NCBI GenBank assembly: GCA_036676985.1
Contig: JAKFBU010000076.1
Coordinates: 102,032 to 166,031 of the forward strand
DNA length: 64,000 bases
DNA from: Candidatus Sericytochromatia bacterium
GTDB taxonomy: Bacteria > Cyanobacteriota > Sericytochromatia > S15B-MN24 > UBA4093
Direction of reading: 5' to 3'
In this document: piece by piece, positions 1 to 9,891 of the stretch
How positions within the stretch are numbered: the stretch's first letter is position 1
Layout: the number at the start of each line of letters is the position of its first letter
Position numbers and translations under genes: made by a program
Notes under the pieces: generated by a model
What the model saw: the letters and a program-made list of their open reading frames with translations, nothing else
What the model was told of the DNA's origin: nothing
The model's database searches: none

Positions 1-774
1 CGCCCAGAAGAGCAGGTAGACGCCGTCCGCGTCGTTGTTGCCCGTGACGAACTCCTTGTCGCCGCCCGCGAGCGCGTCCTGGTAGGCGGCCTCGAAGACC
101 AGATCCAGGGCCTCGCGCGTGGTGCGGTGGAAGACGTCGTCCTTGCGGTTGACGTTGCCCCGGCCGGCGTAGTTGAGGTGGGACAGGTAGAACTTGTCGA
201 TGCCTTCCGCGTCCATCAGCTCCAGGAGGCGGGGCAGGTCCTCGGCGTTGTCCTGCGTGAGCGTGAAGCGCACGCCGACCTTGAGGCCCGCGTCGCGGCA
301 CAGCCGGATGCCGTGCAGGGACTCGCGGTAGGCGCCCTCGCGCCGGCGGAACCGGTCGTGGGTCGACTCGATGCCGTCCAGGCTGATGCCCACGTAGTCG
401 TAGCCGCACTCGGCGATCGCCCCCACGTTCTCCTCGGTGATCATGGTGCCGTTGGTCGAGAGCCCCACGTAGAAGCCCATCCCCTTGGCCCGCTTCGAGA
501 GGTCGAAGATGTCGGGCCTGAGCAGGGGCTCGCCGCCCGAGAGGATGAGCACCGGGACCCGGAAGGCCTTGAGGTCGTCCATGACCGTGTAGAGCTCGTC
601 GGTCGAGAGTTCGCCCGGGAACTCGCGGTTGCTGGAGATGGCGTAGCAGTGCTTGCACGCGAGGTTGCAGCGGCGGGTGAGGTTCCAGATGACCACCGGC
701 CCGGGCGGGTTGCGCTTGGGCGCGAGCGGGGTGGGATTCAGGAGCTCCCGCATGTACTGGGTGACGCGGAACAT
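1..774 (-). CDS. nirJ: Heme d1 biosynthesis radical SAM protein NirJ (5' part; runs off window start)
   Basis: Not in ORF track. Manual minus-strand translation from ATG at 774 gives MFRVTQYMRELLNPTPLAPKRNPPGPVVIWNLTRRCNLACKHCY (CxxxCxxC) ... LILSGGEPLLRPD; follows nirH. Confidence 0.93.
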   Translation of the reverse strand, partial: MFRVTQYMRELLNPTPLAPKRNPPGPVVIWNLTRRCNLACKHCYAISSNREFPGELSTDELYTVMDDLKAFRVPVLILSGGEPLLRPDIFDLSKRAKGMGFYVGLSTNGTMITEENVGAIAECGYDYVGISLDGIESTHDRFRRREGAYRESLHGIRLCRDAGLKVGVRFTLTQDNAEDLPRLLELMDAEGIDKFYLSHLNYAGRGNVNRKDDVFHRTTREALDLVFEAAYQDALAGGDKEFVTGNNDADGVYLLFWA

Positions 775-785
775 GGCAGGTCCTT

Positions 786-1265
786 TCAGGCGTTGAGGCG
801 GAGCCCCGTCTTCTTGAGGATGCGGGTGCTGTAGAGGATCAGGTGGCCGCGATCGGCCGCCCCGAGGGCGTCGGCGATGCGCTGGGCCTTCTCCTCGACC
901 TCCTCGCGGCTCTTGCCGTGCAGCATGGCGAAGAGGTTGTAGGGCCACGAGGGTAGGTGGCGGGGCCGGTTGTAACAGTGGCTGACGAAGTCGAAGGAGC
1001 CGATGAGCGCGCCCAGTTCGTCCACGCGCTCGTCGGGCACGTCCCAGACGGACATGCCGTTCGCGCGGTAGCCGAGGGCGTAGTGGTTGGGCACGGCCCC
1101 GATGCGGCGGATCACCCCGGTCTCGAGCATGCGGCGCATGCGCGCCTGGACCTCCTCGGAGGTCGTGCCGACGGCGTCGGCCACCGCCCGGTAGGGCTCG
1201 GGACAGAGGGGCAGCCCCTCCTGGGTCGCGCGGATGATGGCGCGGTCGAGCTCGTCGGTCGTCAT
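786..1265 (-). CDS. nirH: Siroheme decarboxylase subunit NirH (AsnC/Lrp-like)
   Basis: MTTDELDRAIIRATQEGLPL...NHYALGYRANGMSVWDV...SHCYNRPRHLPSWPYNLFAMLHG; start overlaps nirG stop. Confidence 0.88.
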   Translation of the reverse strand: MTTDELDRAIIRATQEGLPLCPEPYRAVADAVGTTSEEVQARMRRMLETGVIRRIGAVPNHYALGYRANGMSVWDVPDERVDELGALIGSFDFVSHCYNRPRHLPSWPYNLFAMLHGKSREEVEEKAQRIADALGAADRGHLILYSTRILKKTGLRLNA

Positions 1266-1705
1266 GCCTCGAACCTCAGTCCCACGAAGTACTCCTTGAG
1301 CTTCGGCATGGGGTAGACCGGGTGGCCCGTCTCGGTTTCGATGCGGGCAAGGGCGCGCTCGGCCTCCTCGGGCGTGCCCGTCGCCACCACGAACCACATG
1401 TTCAGCTCGTGCTCGCGGGCGTAGTTGTGGGCGATCTCGGGCATGGCGTTGACCTTGTCGGCCACCGCCTCGTACTCCTCCTCGGGCACGCGCATGGCCG
1501 TGAGGATCAGGCTGCCGCCCATGCGCTCGGCGTGGTACATGGGTCCGAAGCGCGAGAGGATGCCGCGCTCCAAGAGGCCCTGGATCCGGGCGATCAGCTC
1601 GGCCTCGTCGAGGCCCAGGCGACTGGCGACCTCCGCGTAGGGGCGATCGCAGACGGGGAAGCCCCCCTGCAGCGCGTTGACGATCGCGCGGTCCATTTGG
1701 TCCAT
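1262..1705 (-). CDS. nirG: Siroheme decarboxylase subunit NirG
   Basis: MDQMDRAIVNALQGGFP...IAHNYAREHELNMWFV; position in nirFDLGH order. Confidence 0.87.
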   Translation of the reverse strand: MDQMDRAIVNALQGGFPVCDRPYAEVASRLGLDEAELIARIQGLLERGILSRFGPMYHAERMGGSLILTAMRVPEEEYEAVADKVNAMPEIAHNYAREHELNMWFVVATGTPEEAERALARIETETGHPVYPMPKLKEYFVGLRFEA

Positions 1706-1707
1706 GG

Positions 1708-2193
1708 CTAGCTCCTCGCGACCATGTAGCGGGCCCCCCGCTGCTTGAAGCGCCGCGTGCTGAAGAGCGCCTCGTAGCGGACGTCCGCGAGGCCCTCCAG
1801 GGCTCTGAGGGTCGCGATCTTCTCGAGGGCCTCCTCGCGGCTCTTGCCGTGGATCATGCAGAACAGGTTGTAGGACCAGCCGGGCCGCCGGGGGCGCCGG
1901 TAGCAAAGGCTGACGAGGCCCGTTGCGGACATGCGGCGGGCGATCGCGTCCACCTGGTCGTCGGGCACGTCCCAGACGGTCATGGCGTTGGCGCGGTAGC
2001 CCAGCTCGTGGTGGCGGACCACCACGCCCATGCGCTTGATGATCCCGTCGTCGAGGAAGGCTTGCAGGCGCTCGATCACCTCGTCCGCAGACATCCCGAG
2101 GGCATGCCCGATGTCCTCGAACGGCTCGGGCACGAGCGGCAGGCCGTCCTGGATGGCGGCGATCAGCTGGAAGTCGCGTTCGGTCAGCTCCAT
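1708..2193 (-). CDS. nirL: Siroheme decarboxylase subunit NirL
   Basis: MELTERDFQLIAAIQDGLPL...HHELGYRANAMTVWDV...LCYRRPRRPGWSYNLFCMIHG...FKQRGARY. Confidence 0.87.
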   Translation of the reverse strand: MELTERDFQLIAAIQDGLPLVPEPFEDIGHALGMSADEVIERLQAFLDDGIIKRMGVVVRHHELGYRANAMTVWDVPDDQVDAIARRMSATGLVSLCYRRPRRPGWSYNLFCMIHGKSREEALEKIATLRALEGLADVRYEALFSTRRFKQRGARYMVARS

Positions 2194-2633
2194 GACAGTT
2201 CGAACCCCAGATCGATGTGGTACTCCTGGACCATGGGCAAGTCGAGCACCGCGAGGCCCGTCATCTCCTCGATCTCGGCGAGCACCGCGCGCAGCCGCTC
2301 GGCGTTCGCGGCCGTCACGACGAACCACAGGTTGAAGCGGTGCTCCCGCTCGTAGTTGTGGTTGACCTCGGGCAGGGCGCTCACGAGCTCGGCGACGGCC
2401 TGCAGGCGCTCGGCCGGCACGGCGAGAGCCGCCAGCGTGCTCGCCCCGATGCGGTTGGGCGGAAAGACCGGGCCCACCCGGCTGATGGTCCCCTCGGCCT
2501 TGAGGAGCCTGAGGGCGTCGAGCACCTCGGCCTCGGAGACGCCCAGCTGCCGGGCGATCCGGGCGAAGGGGCGCCGAACCAGCGGGAAGTCCCGCTGGAA
2601 GTCGTTCAGCAGCTGACGCTCCAGGGAGTACAT
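2184..2633 (-). CDS. nirD: Siroheme decarboxylase subunit NirD
   Basis: MYSLERQLLNDFQRDFPL...EVNHNYEREHRFNLWFV...YHIDLGF. Confidence 0.87.
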   Translation of the reverse strand: MYSLERQLLNDFQRDFPLVRRPFARIARQLGVSEAEVLDALRLLKAEGTISRVGPVFPPNRIGASTLAALAVPAERLQAVAELVSALPEVNHNYEREHRFNLWFVVTAANAERLRAVLAEIEEMTGLAVLDLPMVQEYHIDLGFELSWS

Positions 2634-2635
2634 GG

Positions 2636-3823
2636 CTACATCCCGATCCTTCCGGCCCGCACGGTGAAGAAGATGCCGCTCGGCCGGTCGGAGCTCAGCT
2701 CTCCGACCTTCTCCAGGCGGTTGGCGTCGTAGATCTCCAGGCGGTTCTCGTCGCGGACCGAGAGCCAGAGCTCCTCGCCGCGGGGCGTGAACTCCATGTG
2801 CAGGACGCCCTTGCCGGGCTTGAGGGTCTTGACCACCTTGCGGCTCGGCACGTCGATGACCTGCACGACGTCGTTGTTGGGGAAGGCGAAGTTGACCCAC
2901 ACCTGGCGGCCGTCGGGGCGGGCCACGACGAAGACGGGCTGGCCGTGGACGGGGATGCGGCCCACTTCCTTCCAGGTGGCGTTGTTCACGAGGAGCACCT
3001 CGTGGCTGCCCACCGCGGGCACGAGCGCCTCCTGGCCCGTCAGCGCCCAGCCTTCCAGGTGGGGCATCTTGTAGACGGGCAGCTTCTCCTTGCCCCGGCC
3101 GTAACGGTCGAGGATGCGGCGGACGCCCGCCTGCGGGTTCCAGAGGTCGAGCATGGCGAGGCCGTCCTCGCCGAAGAGGCCCGCCACGTAGTAGCGGCCG
3201 TCCGGTGAGATGAAGGCGTCGTAGGGCTCCTGGCCGATGTCCGTGTGCTTGGTGAGCTTGGGCTTGCGCGGATCCTGGCAGTCGGCCACCCAGATCTCGC
3301 CGGCTTCGAACAGGCTGAAGACGAAGCGCTGGTCGGGCACGTCGATGAGGCCGATGACCTTGGAGGCCTTGCCGCCGTCGGCAGGCACGGCGGGGATCTC
3401 GCTCAGCTGCTCCAGGGTGTCGGCGTCGAAGATCTTGACGCCGCCCGGCTCGTAGTTGGAGACGGCGATGAGCTTGCCGTCCTGGGAGATGGCGCCGCCG
3501 ATGCTGTTGCCGCCCTGCACGACGCGCTTGACGAGCTTCATGGTGAGCAGGTCGATCTTCGTGAGGCCGCCGTCGCGACCGAAGACGTAGGCGTAGCGGC
3601 CGTCGCGGCTGAAGTTGACGCTGGCGTGGGAGAGGTCGCCGAGGCCCGCGACGGAGCCGAGGACGGTGTGGCGGGTGGTCTCGACGATCTGGACGCGGCC
3701 GACGGCGCGCTCGATGACCACGCCGAGGTCCCCCGTGCCGCGGGGCGCCTGCTCGCGCAGGGTGGCCGCGCAGCCGGTGAGGGTGAGGGCGGTGAGCAGG
3801 GCGAGGCCGACTCTAGCGCGCAT
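2636..3823 (-). CDS. nirF: Heme d1 biosynthesis beta-propeller lipoprotein NirF
   Basis: Lipobox LTGC; GTGDLGVVIER, GDLSHAS, YKMPHLEGW, PSGIFF motifs. Confidence 0.92.
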   Translation of the reverse strand: MRARVGLALLTALTLTGCAATLREQAPRGTGDLGVVIERAVGRVQIVETTRHTVLGSVAGLGDLSHASVNFSRDGRYAYVFGRDGGLTKIDLLTMKLVKRVVQGGNSIGGAISQDGKLIAVSNYEPGGVKIFDADTLEQLSEIPAVPADGGKASKVIGLIDVPDQRFVFSLFEAGEIWVADCQDPRKPKLTKHTDIGQEPYDAFISPDGRYYVAGLFGEDGLAMLDLWNPQAGVRRILDRYGRGKEKLPVYKMPHLEGWALTGQEALVPAVGSHEVLLVNNATWKEVGRIPVHGQPVFVVARPDGRQVWVNFAFPNNDVVQVIDVPSRKVVKTLKPGKGVLHMEFTPRGEELWLSVRDENRLEIYDANRLEKVGELSSDRPSGIFFTVRAGRIGM

Positions 3824-4277
3824 CGGGGAATCCTTTCTGCAACTGCTCGACGATCCAGGCGGCTTCCGGCTCGGTGAGCAGCGGGCGCCAGGGGGGCATG
3901 GCCGTGCCGGGCGAGCCGTCGAGGATGATCCGCTCGAGGGCCTTGGCGTCCTTGCCCTTGAGGTCGCTGGGCCGGATGGCCGGGCCGAGGCCGCCCTTGA
4001 ACTGGAGGCCATGGCAGGAGCCGCAGTCCTGGCGGACCATGTAGGCGAGTTCCTTCTGGCGCTCGGGGGAAAGGGGGGAGGCGAACGCCGGGATCGCGAG
4101 CAAGAGCACGAGGGCCAGGCCGAGAAGCGAATAAGGAGGACCCCCCCGGCCCCCCTCTAGAGGGGGGTAGGGATCATGGGAGGGGGGAAAACCAGGTGGC
4201 TCCTTAGGATCTTGGGTGTGACTTCCCCTCCCAAGAGCTCCCCCCCCTCTAGAGGGGATCCCCCCTGACTTACGCAT
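3813..4277 (-). CDS. nirC: Cytochrome c55X NirC with an N-terminal palindromic-repeat insertion
   Basis: QDCGSCHG heme motif, GGLGP, GTAMPPW; ATG overlaps nirE stop; ~45 aa Gly/Pro-rich insert precedes the signal peptide. Confidence 0.88.
   Translation of the reverse strand: MRKSGGIPSRGGGALGRGSHTQDPKEPPGFPPSHDPYPPLEGGRGGPPYSLLGLALVLLLAIPAFASPLSPERQKELAYMVRQDCGSCHGLQFKGGLGPAIRPSDLKGKDAKALERIILDGSPGTAMPPWRPLLTEPEAAWIVEQLQKGFPDAR
4133..4267. repeat. CCCCCCTCTAGAGGGG-type palindromic element inside nirC
   Basis: Two copies of ccccctctagagggg (~4151-4168 and ~4241-4257) with G/C-tract flanks. Confidence 0.7.
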
Positions 4278-5049
4278 GCGCGAACCACCCCTGCACGCGA
4301 TCCCCGAACGGATCCCACGCGAGGGTGTCCGCCAGGTCCACCACCTTGCCGATGATGAGCAGGGTCGGCGTCTTGAACTTCTGCCGCACGAGCTCCGTCG
4401 GCATCGCGTCCAGCGTCGTGCGGGCGATGCGCTGGTGCGGGGTCGTCCCGTTCTCGATGAGGGCCACCGGCGTCTCGGCCGAAAGCCCTGCCGCCATCAG
4501 CTCGCGGCTGATCGTCGGTGCGGTCGCCGAGCCCATGTACACCACGAGCGTCGTGTTCGGATCGGCCAGGGACTGCCAGTCCAGGTCCAGGGGCATGTCG
4601 TTCTTGCAGTGCCCCGTCACGAAGCGCACGCCCGTCGCGAGCCCCCGGTGCGTCAGGGGGATGCCCGCGTAGGCGCTGCACGCCGAGGCCGAGGTGATGC
4701 CCGGCACCACCTCGAAGGCGACGCCGTGCTGCGTGAGGAACTCCGCCTCCTCGCTGCCCCGACCGAAGATGAAGGGATCGCCGCCCTTGAGACGGACCAC
4801 CCGACGGCCGCTCTTGCCGAGCTTCACCAGGAGCTCGTTGATCTGGTCCTGCGGCATGGAGTGACGGCTGCTCGCCTTGCCCACGAAGACGCGCTTCACG
4901 CCGGGCGGCACCAGCGACAGGATGTCCGAGCTGACGAGCCGGTCGTAGACCAGGACCTCGGCCTCCCGCAAGAGCCGGAGGGCTTTGACGGTGAGGAGAT
5001 CCGGATCCCCGGGACCCGCTCCGACGAGATAGACGCAGCCAGCTTTCAT
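4270..5049 (-). CDS. nirE: Uroporphyrinogen-III C-methyltransferase NirE
   Basis: VYLVGAGPGDPDLLT, RLKGGDPFIFGRG, VVPGITS, GIPLTHRG; within the nir operon. Confidence 0.92.
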   Translation of the reverse strand: MKAGCVYLVGAGPGDPDLLTVKALRLLREAEVLVYDRLVSSDILSLVPPGVKRVFVGKASSRHSMPQDQINELLVKLGKSGRRVVRLKGGDPFIFGRGSEEAEFLTQHGVAFEVVPGITSASACSAYAGIPLTHRGLATGVRFVTGHCKNDMPLDLDWQSLADPNTTLVVYMGSATAPTISRELMAAGLSAETPVALIENGTTPHQRIARTTLDAMPTELVRQKFKTPTLLIIGKVVDLADTLAWDPFGDRVQGWFAHA

Positions 5050-5150
5050 GGGTGACTCTCCTTGCCTTAATTGGAAGATTCTCAAGGGAAATGGCGGCCG
5101 CTTCATCCGTACTTAGTACGTGAACAGGCCGCCATTACCGGAAGAGAGAA

Positions 5151-5177
5151 GGGAGGACGGGGGAGGCCCGTCCTCCC
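5151..5177 (-). terminator. Hairpin downstream of nirS (terminator or mRNA stabiliser)
   Basis: gggaggacggg-N5-cccgtcctccc perfect 11-bp stem, followed on the minus strand by a pyrimidine tract. Confidence 0.6.
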
Positions 5178-5259
5178 GCTTAGCACCTAACGAAACCAGG
5201 CATGTGTCGCCTGTGGCCGCCTTGCGGCTGGACGGAACAGTTTCGTTAGGCGCTCCAGC

Positions 5260-6897
<1,638 letters not shown>

Positions 6898-7022
6898 CTA
6901 GTGAACCTCCATTGTGTGGGTGTGGGAGCGGTTGGCCGTGCTGCGATCGCCGCTAGAGGCCCGTCACGGCTAGAGGGCGATCGCCGGTGGGGCGGGGCCG
7001 ACGGTAGGAGACCCGCCCTTGC

Positions 7023-7649
7023 CTAGAAGCTCTGGGTGAGGGTGAGGGTGGGACCGAAGTTGTGGAACTTGGTGCTGGTCCAGGCGCCCGTCAGCATGTT
7101 GCCGAGCACGCCGACCGACACGCTGGTGCCGGGGGCGACGACCTGGTTGAGGTTGGCGCCGTAGAAGTACAGGTTGGTGGGCTCTCCGGTGTTGGGAGTG
7201 GCGGCGGGACCCGCGTTCAGCTCCCAGAGCCGGGCGTACGATCCGAGCACGTTGACCGAGAACCCGCCCCCGAAGGTCTTGGCGAGCGTCAGGGCGACTT
7301 CCGGGCCCTCCTTGAAGGCAGCGCTCGCCTTGGCAGAGCTGTTGCCGATGCCCGAGGCGCGGACGCCGGCCATGGCGGTCGCCGAGTAGCCGTCGCCGAA
7401 GGGCAGCTTGTACATCCCGCGCACCGTCCCGCTCTGGGTGGTGTTGTAGAAGGCGTAGATCCCCACGTTGGGGTTGAGCCAGTACTGCTTGGTGTAGTAC
7501 ACGACCCAGTCGTGGCGATCGGGACCCGGCGTGACGTTGTAGGTCTGCCAGATCATCAGGCTGTCGGTCATCGGGGCGGCCATGGCCGCGCCAGGAGCGA
7601 GGACGGCCGGCAGGGCGAGGATGGAACCCAGGAGAAGTCGTTTGAGCAT
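7023..7649 (-). CDS. Secreted, probable outer-membrane beta-barrel protein leading the nirS operon
   Basis: Signal peptide MLKRLLLGSILALPAVLAPGAAMA; alternating aromatic/polar strands; ends TLTLTQSF (terminal Phe). Confidence 0.6.
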   Translation of the reverse strand: MLKRLLLGSILALPAVLAPGAAMAAPMTDSLMIWQTYNVTPGPDRHDWVVYYTKQYWLNPNVGIYAFYNTTQSGTVRGMYKLPFGDGYSATAMAGVRASGIGNSSAKASAAFKEGPEVALTLAKTFGGGFSVNVLGSYARLWELNAGPAATPNTGEPTNLYFYGANLNQVVAPGTSVSVGVLGNMLTGAWTSTKFHNFGPTLTLTQSF

Positions 7650-7856
7650 CGTTGTCTCCCTTTCGAGGGGCTGAAATTGCCGGTAGATAAGGCGATCCGG
7701 GTGATTTGGCGATGAAACTGGGTAACTTAGGTCGGACGCCCCATAGTGGCCAATGCTTGAGCATGCGTCGCGAAAAAAACATCCGTATTTTCCCGAAAAC
7801 GCCAAAGATCCGTATTCGCTACCGATCGAACGCCGCGATTTGAGCGGGCTTCGCTC

Positions 7857-7872
7857 TCTGAGCTACCTCATA
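7857..7872 (+). promoter_or_regulatory. Crp/Fnr-type box TCTGAG-CTAC-CTCATA with -10 TAGCCT at 7894
   Basis: One of six copies of TATGAG-N4-CTCATA; centre lies 29.5 nt before the -10 hexamer. Confidence 0.75.
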
Positions 7873-7934
7873 GAGCCCTCGGGGCGCGAGTGCTAGCCTG
7901 AACTCAGGTTGCCCCGATCCGCGAGGACGCCCCG

Positions 7935-8507
7935 ATGATTGCCGAGCCCTTTGGATTGACCCCGTCCGTCGACAGCCCGTTTGCCGTGATGCGCTCCTGC
8001 CACCGCCGGATCGAGCAGCGCATGGGCCTCCTGCCGGGGATCGCCGATCGGCTGGCGGACGACAATCCGGTGATCCGGGCCGAGGCCCTGGCCGTGCTCG
8101 AGAGCGTCCACGGCTTCCTGTCCACGACGGGCATCCACCACACGGCCGACGAGGAGGAGGACCTGTACCCGATCCTGCGGGAGACGGCCGATCCCGAGTG
8201 CCTCCAGGTCCTCGACGATCTGGAGCAGGAGCACATGCGGCTCGAGCCCATCCTGGTCGCCTTCGACCGCCTCGCCGGACGCATGGTCGAGACCGAGAGG
8301 CTGGACGAGGAGGCGATCGCCGGGCTGCGCCACCTGTCGGAGACCCTGTGCGAGCTATACCAGGCGCACATCCGGCACGAGGAAGGGACCCTCTTTCCTC
8401 GCGCCGAGGTGCTCCTGACCCCGGAGCGTCTCGCCCGCCTGTCGCAAGGGATGCGCGACAGGCGGAGCGGGCGCCCGGGGTCGGGCCCCCTGAGCGCCTC
8501 GCCGTAG
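7935..8507 (+). CDS. Hemerythrin-like (HHE) domain protein
   Basis: CHRRIE...HHTADEEEDLYP...EQEH...HIRHEEGTLFP motifs. Confidence 0.85.
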   Translation: MIAEPFGLTPSVDSPFAVMRSCHRRIEQRMGLLPGIADRLADDNPVIRAEALAVLESVHGFLSTTGIHHTADEEEDLYPILRETADPECLQVLDDLEQEHMRLEPILVAFDRLAGRMVETERLDEEAIAGLRHLSETLCELYQAHIRHEEGTLFPRAEVLLTPERLARLSQGMRDRRSGRPGSGPLSASP

Positions 8508-8645
8508 GGTCGGAGGCGGACAGGGGTCGGTTCTCCGTAGTTTTCCCGGATCTGCTCGGGCCGGATCGCCTGTTAGGCTCGGAAGGGGACCGTATACCTA
8601 GCGGACCGGTCACCTCAGAGCCCCTACCAAGAAGGAGTTAGCACC

Positions 8646-8987
8646 ATGCTCAACCGGATTCTCATGGGTGTTGCGGCCCTGTCGCTCATGGCGACCGCGC
8701 TGCCCGCGCCCGCCCAGGCCGCGGATGCCGCCGCCGCCCTGAGCGCCTGCGTCACCTGCCACGACATCTCGCCCGCCAATAAGCAGCTCGTCGGCCCCGG
8801 CCTGCACGGCCTCGCGGGCAAGAAGCCGGTCTCGGCCGGCATTTCCTTCGCCAAGTGGGATGCCAAGAGCCTCGACACCTGGCTCAAGGACCCCTCGAAG
8901 GTCAAGCCCGGCACCATGATGGCCTACTCGGTGGGCAACCCCAAGAAGCGCGCCGAGATCGTCAAGGCTGTGCTCTCTCTGAAGTAA
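8646..8987 (+). CDS. Periplasmic class I cytochrome c (c2/c550-like), probable electron donor
   Basis: Signal peptide, CVTCH, VGPGLHG, KPGTMM axial Met. Confidence 0.9.
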   Translation: MLNRILMGVAALSLMATALPAPAQAADAAAALSACVTCHDISPANKQLVGPGLHGLAGKKPVSAGISFAKWDAKSLDTWLKDPSKVKPGTMMAYSVGNPKKRAEIVKAVLSLK

Positions 8988-9093
8988 ATCCGGGAAAACA
9001 TCCGCAGTTAAGACGGTTTTCCCTTACCTTTGGCACGGACGCTCCGAAAACGGAGCGTCCGTGTTAGTTTTACGTAGTTTCCCCCGCCCGATA

Positions 9094-9109
9094 GTTGAGC
9101 TTTCTCATA
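9094..9109 (+). promoter_or_regulatory. Crp/Fnr-type box GTTGAG-CTTT-CTCATA with -10 TAAGCT at 9131
   Basis: Motif copy upstream of norC at class II spacing. Confidence 0.75.
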
Positions 9110-9179
9110 TTGGCCTCCTAACTTGCCCGTTAAGCTCGTTCTAACCCTGTAAGCCTTTCCCTTCTTAGGAGCGAGCACG

Positions 9180-9881
9180 ATGCTAACCAAATCCCAAGCA
9201 AGGGCGTTCTTCGTGGGAGGCACCGCCCTTTTCTCGGTGATCTTCCTCGGTCTGACCGTCGACACCTTGCGCCAGGTACCGAAGCAAACCAATCAGCAGA
9301 ACATGACCGCCCAGGTCGTGCACGGCAAGGAGATCTGGGAGTCCAACAACTGCATGGGCTGCCACACCCTGTTCGGCGAGGGTGCGTACTACGCGCCCGA
9401 GTTGACCAAGGTCTACGAGCGCCGTGGCCCCGAGTGGATGAAGGCCTTCCTCAAGGACCCCCAGGCCATGTATCCCGGCGAGCGCAAGATGGTCCAGTAC
9501 AAGTTCGACGACGAGCAGATCGACGCTCTGATCGCCTTCTTCAAGTGGTCGGGCGAGGTCGACCTCAACGGCTTCCCCAAGAAGCCCGACCTGGGCCAGC
9601 CCGCTCAGGCCGCCACCGTCGTCACCGCCGGCACTGCCGCCAACCATGCGGCCCCTCCGGCCTACTTCTCCTCGGTGTGCATGGGCTGCCACTCGGTCGA
9701 CGGCAAGGGCGGCAACGTGGGCCCCGCGCTCAACGGTATCGCGAGCCGCATGAAGGCCGATGAGATGGACGCCTTCATCGCCGACCCCCAGAAGATTCGC
9801 CCCGGGACCAAGATGCCCAACCTGGGCCTCGCGCCAGACGTGCGCCAGGACCTGGTGAAGTACTTGGCCACGCTGCGCTAG
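9180..9881 (+). CDS. norC: Nitric oxide reductase subunit C, di-heme form
   Basis: N-terminal TM; NCMGCHTLFGEGAYYAPELT; second domain CMGCH...PGTKMP. Confidence 0.93.
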   Translation: MLTKSQARAFFVGGTALFSVIFLGLTVDTLRQVPKQTNQQNMTAQVVHGKEIWESNNCMGCHTLFGEGAYYAPELTKVYERRGPEWMKAFLKDPQAMYPGERKMVQYKFDDEQIDALIAFFKWSGEVDLNGFPKKPDLGQPAQAATVVTAGTAANHAAPPAYFSSVCMGCHSVDGKGGNVGPALNGIASRMKADEMDAFIADPQKIRPGTKMPNLGLAPDVRQDLVKYLATLR

Positions 9882-9891
9882 GAGAGAGACC

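Noticed and set aside
7751-7766. ATGCT-TG-AGCAT palindrome upstream of the nirS operon as a seventh regulon box
   Set aside because: It does not match TATGAG-N4-CTCATA and occurs only once
7873-7897. CIRCE-like half site GAGTGCTAG
   Set aside because: Left arm and 9-nt spacing do not match; it overlaps the predicted -10
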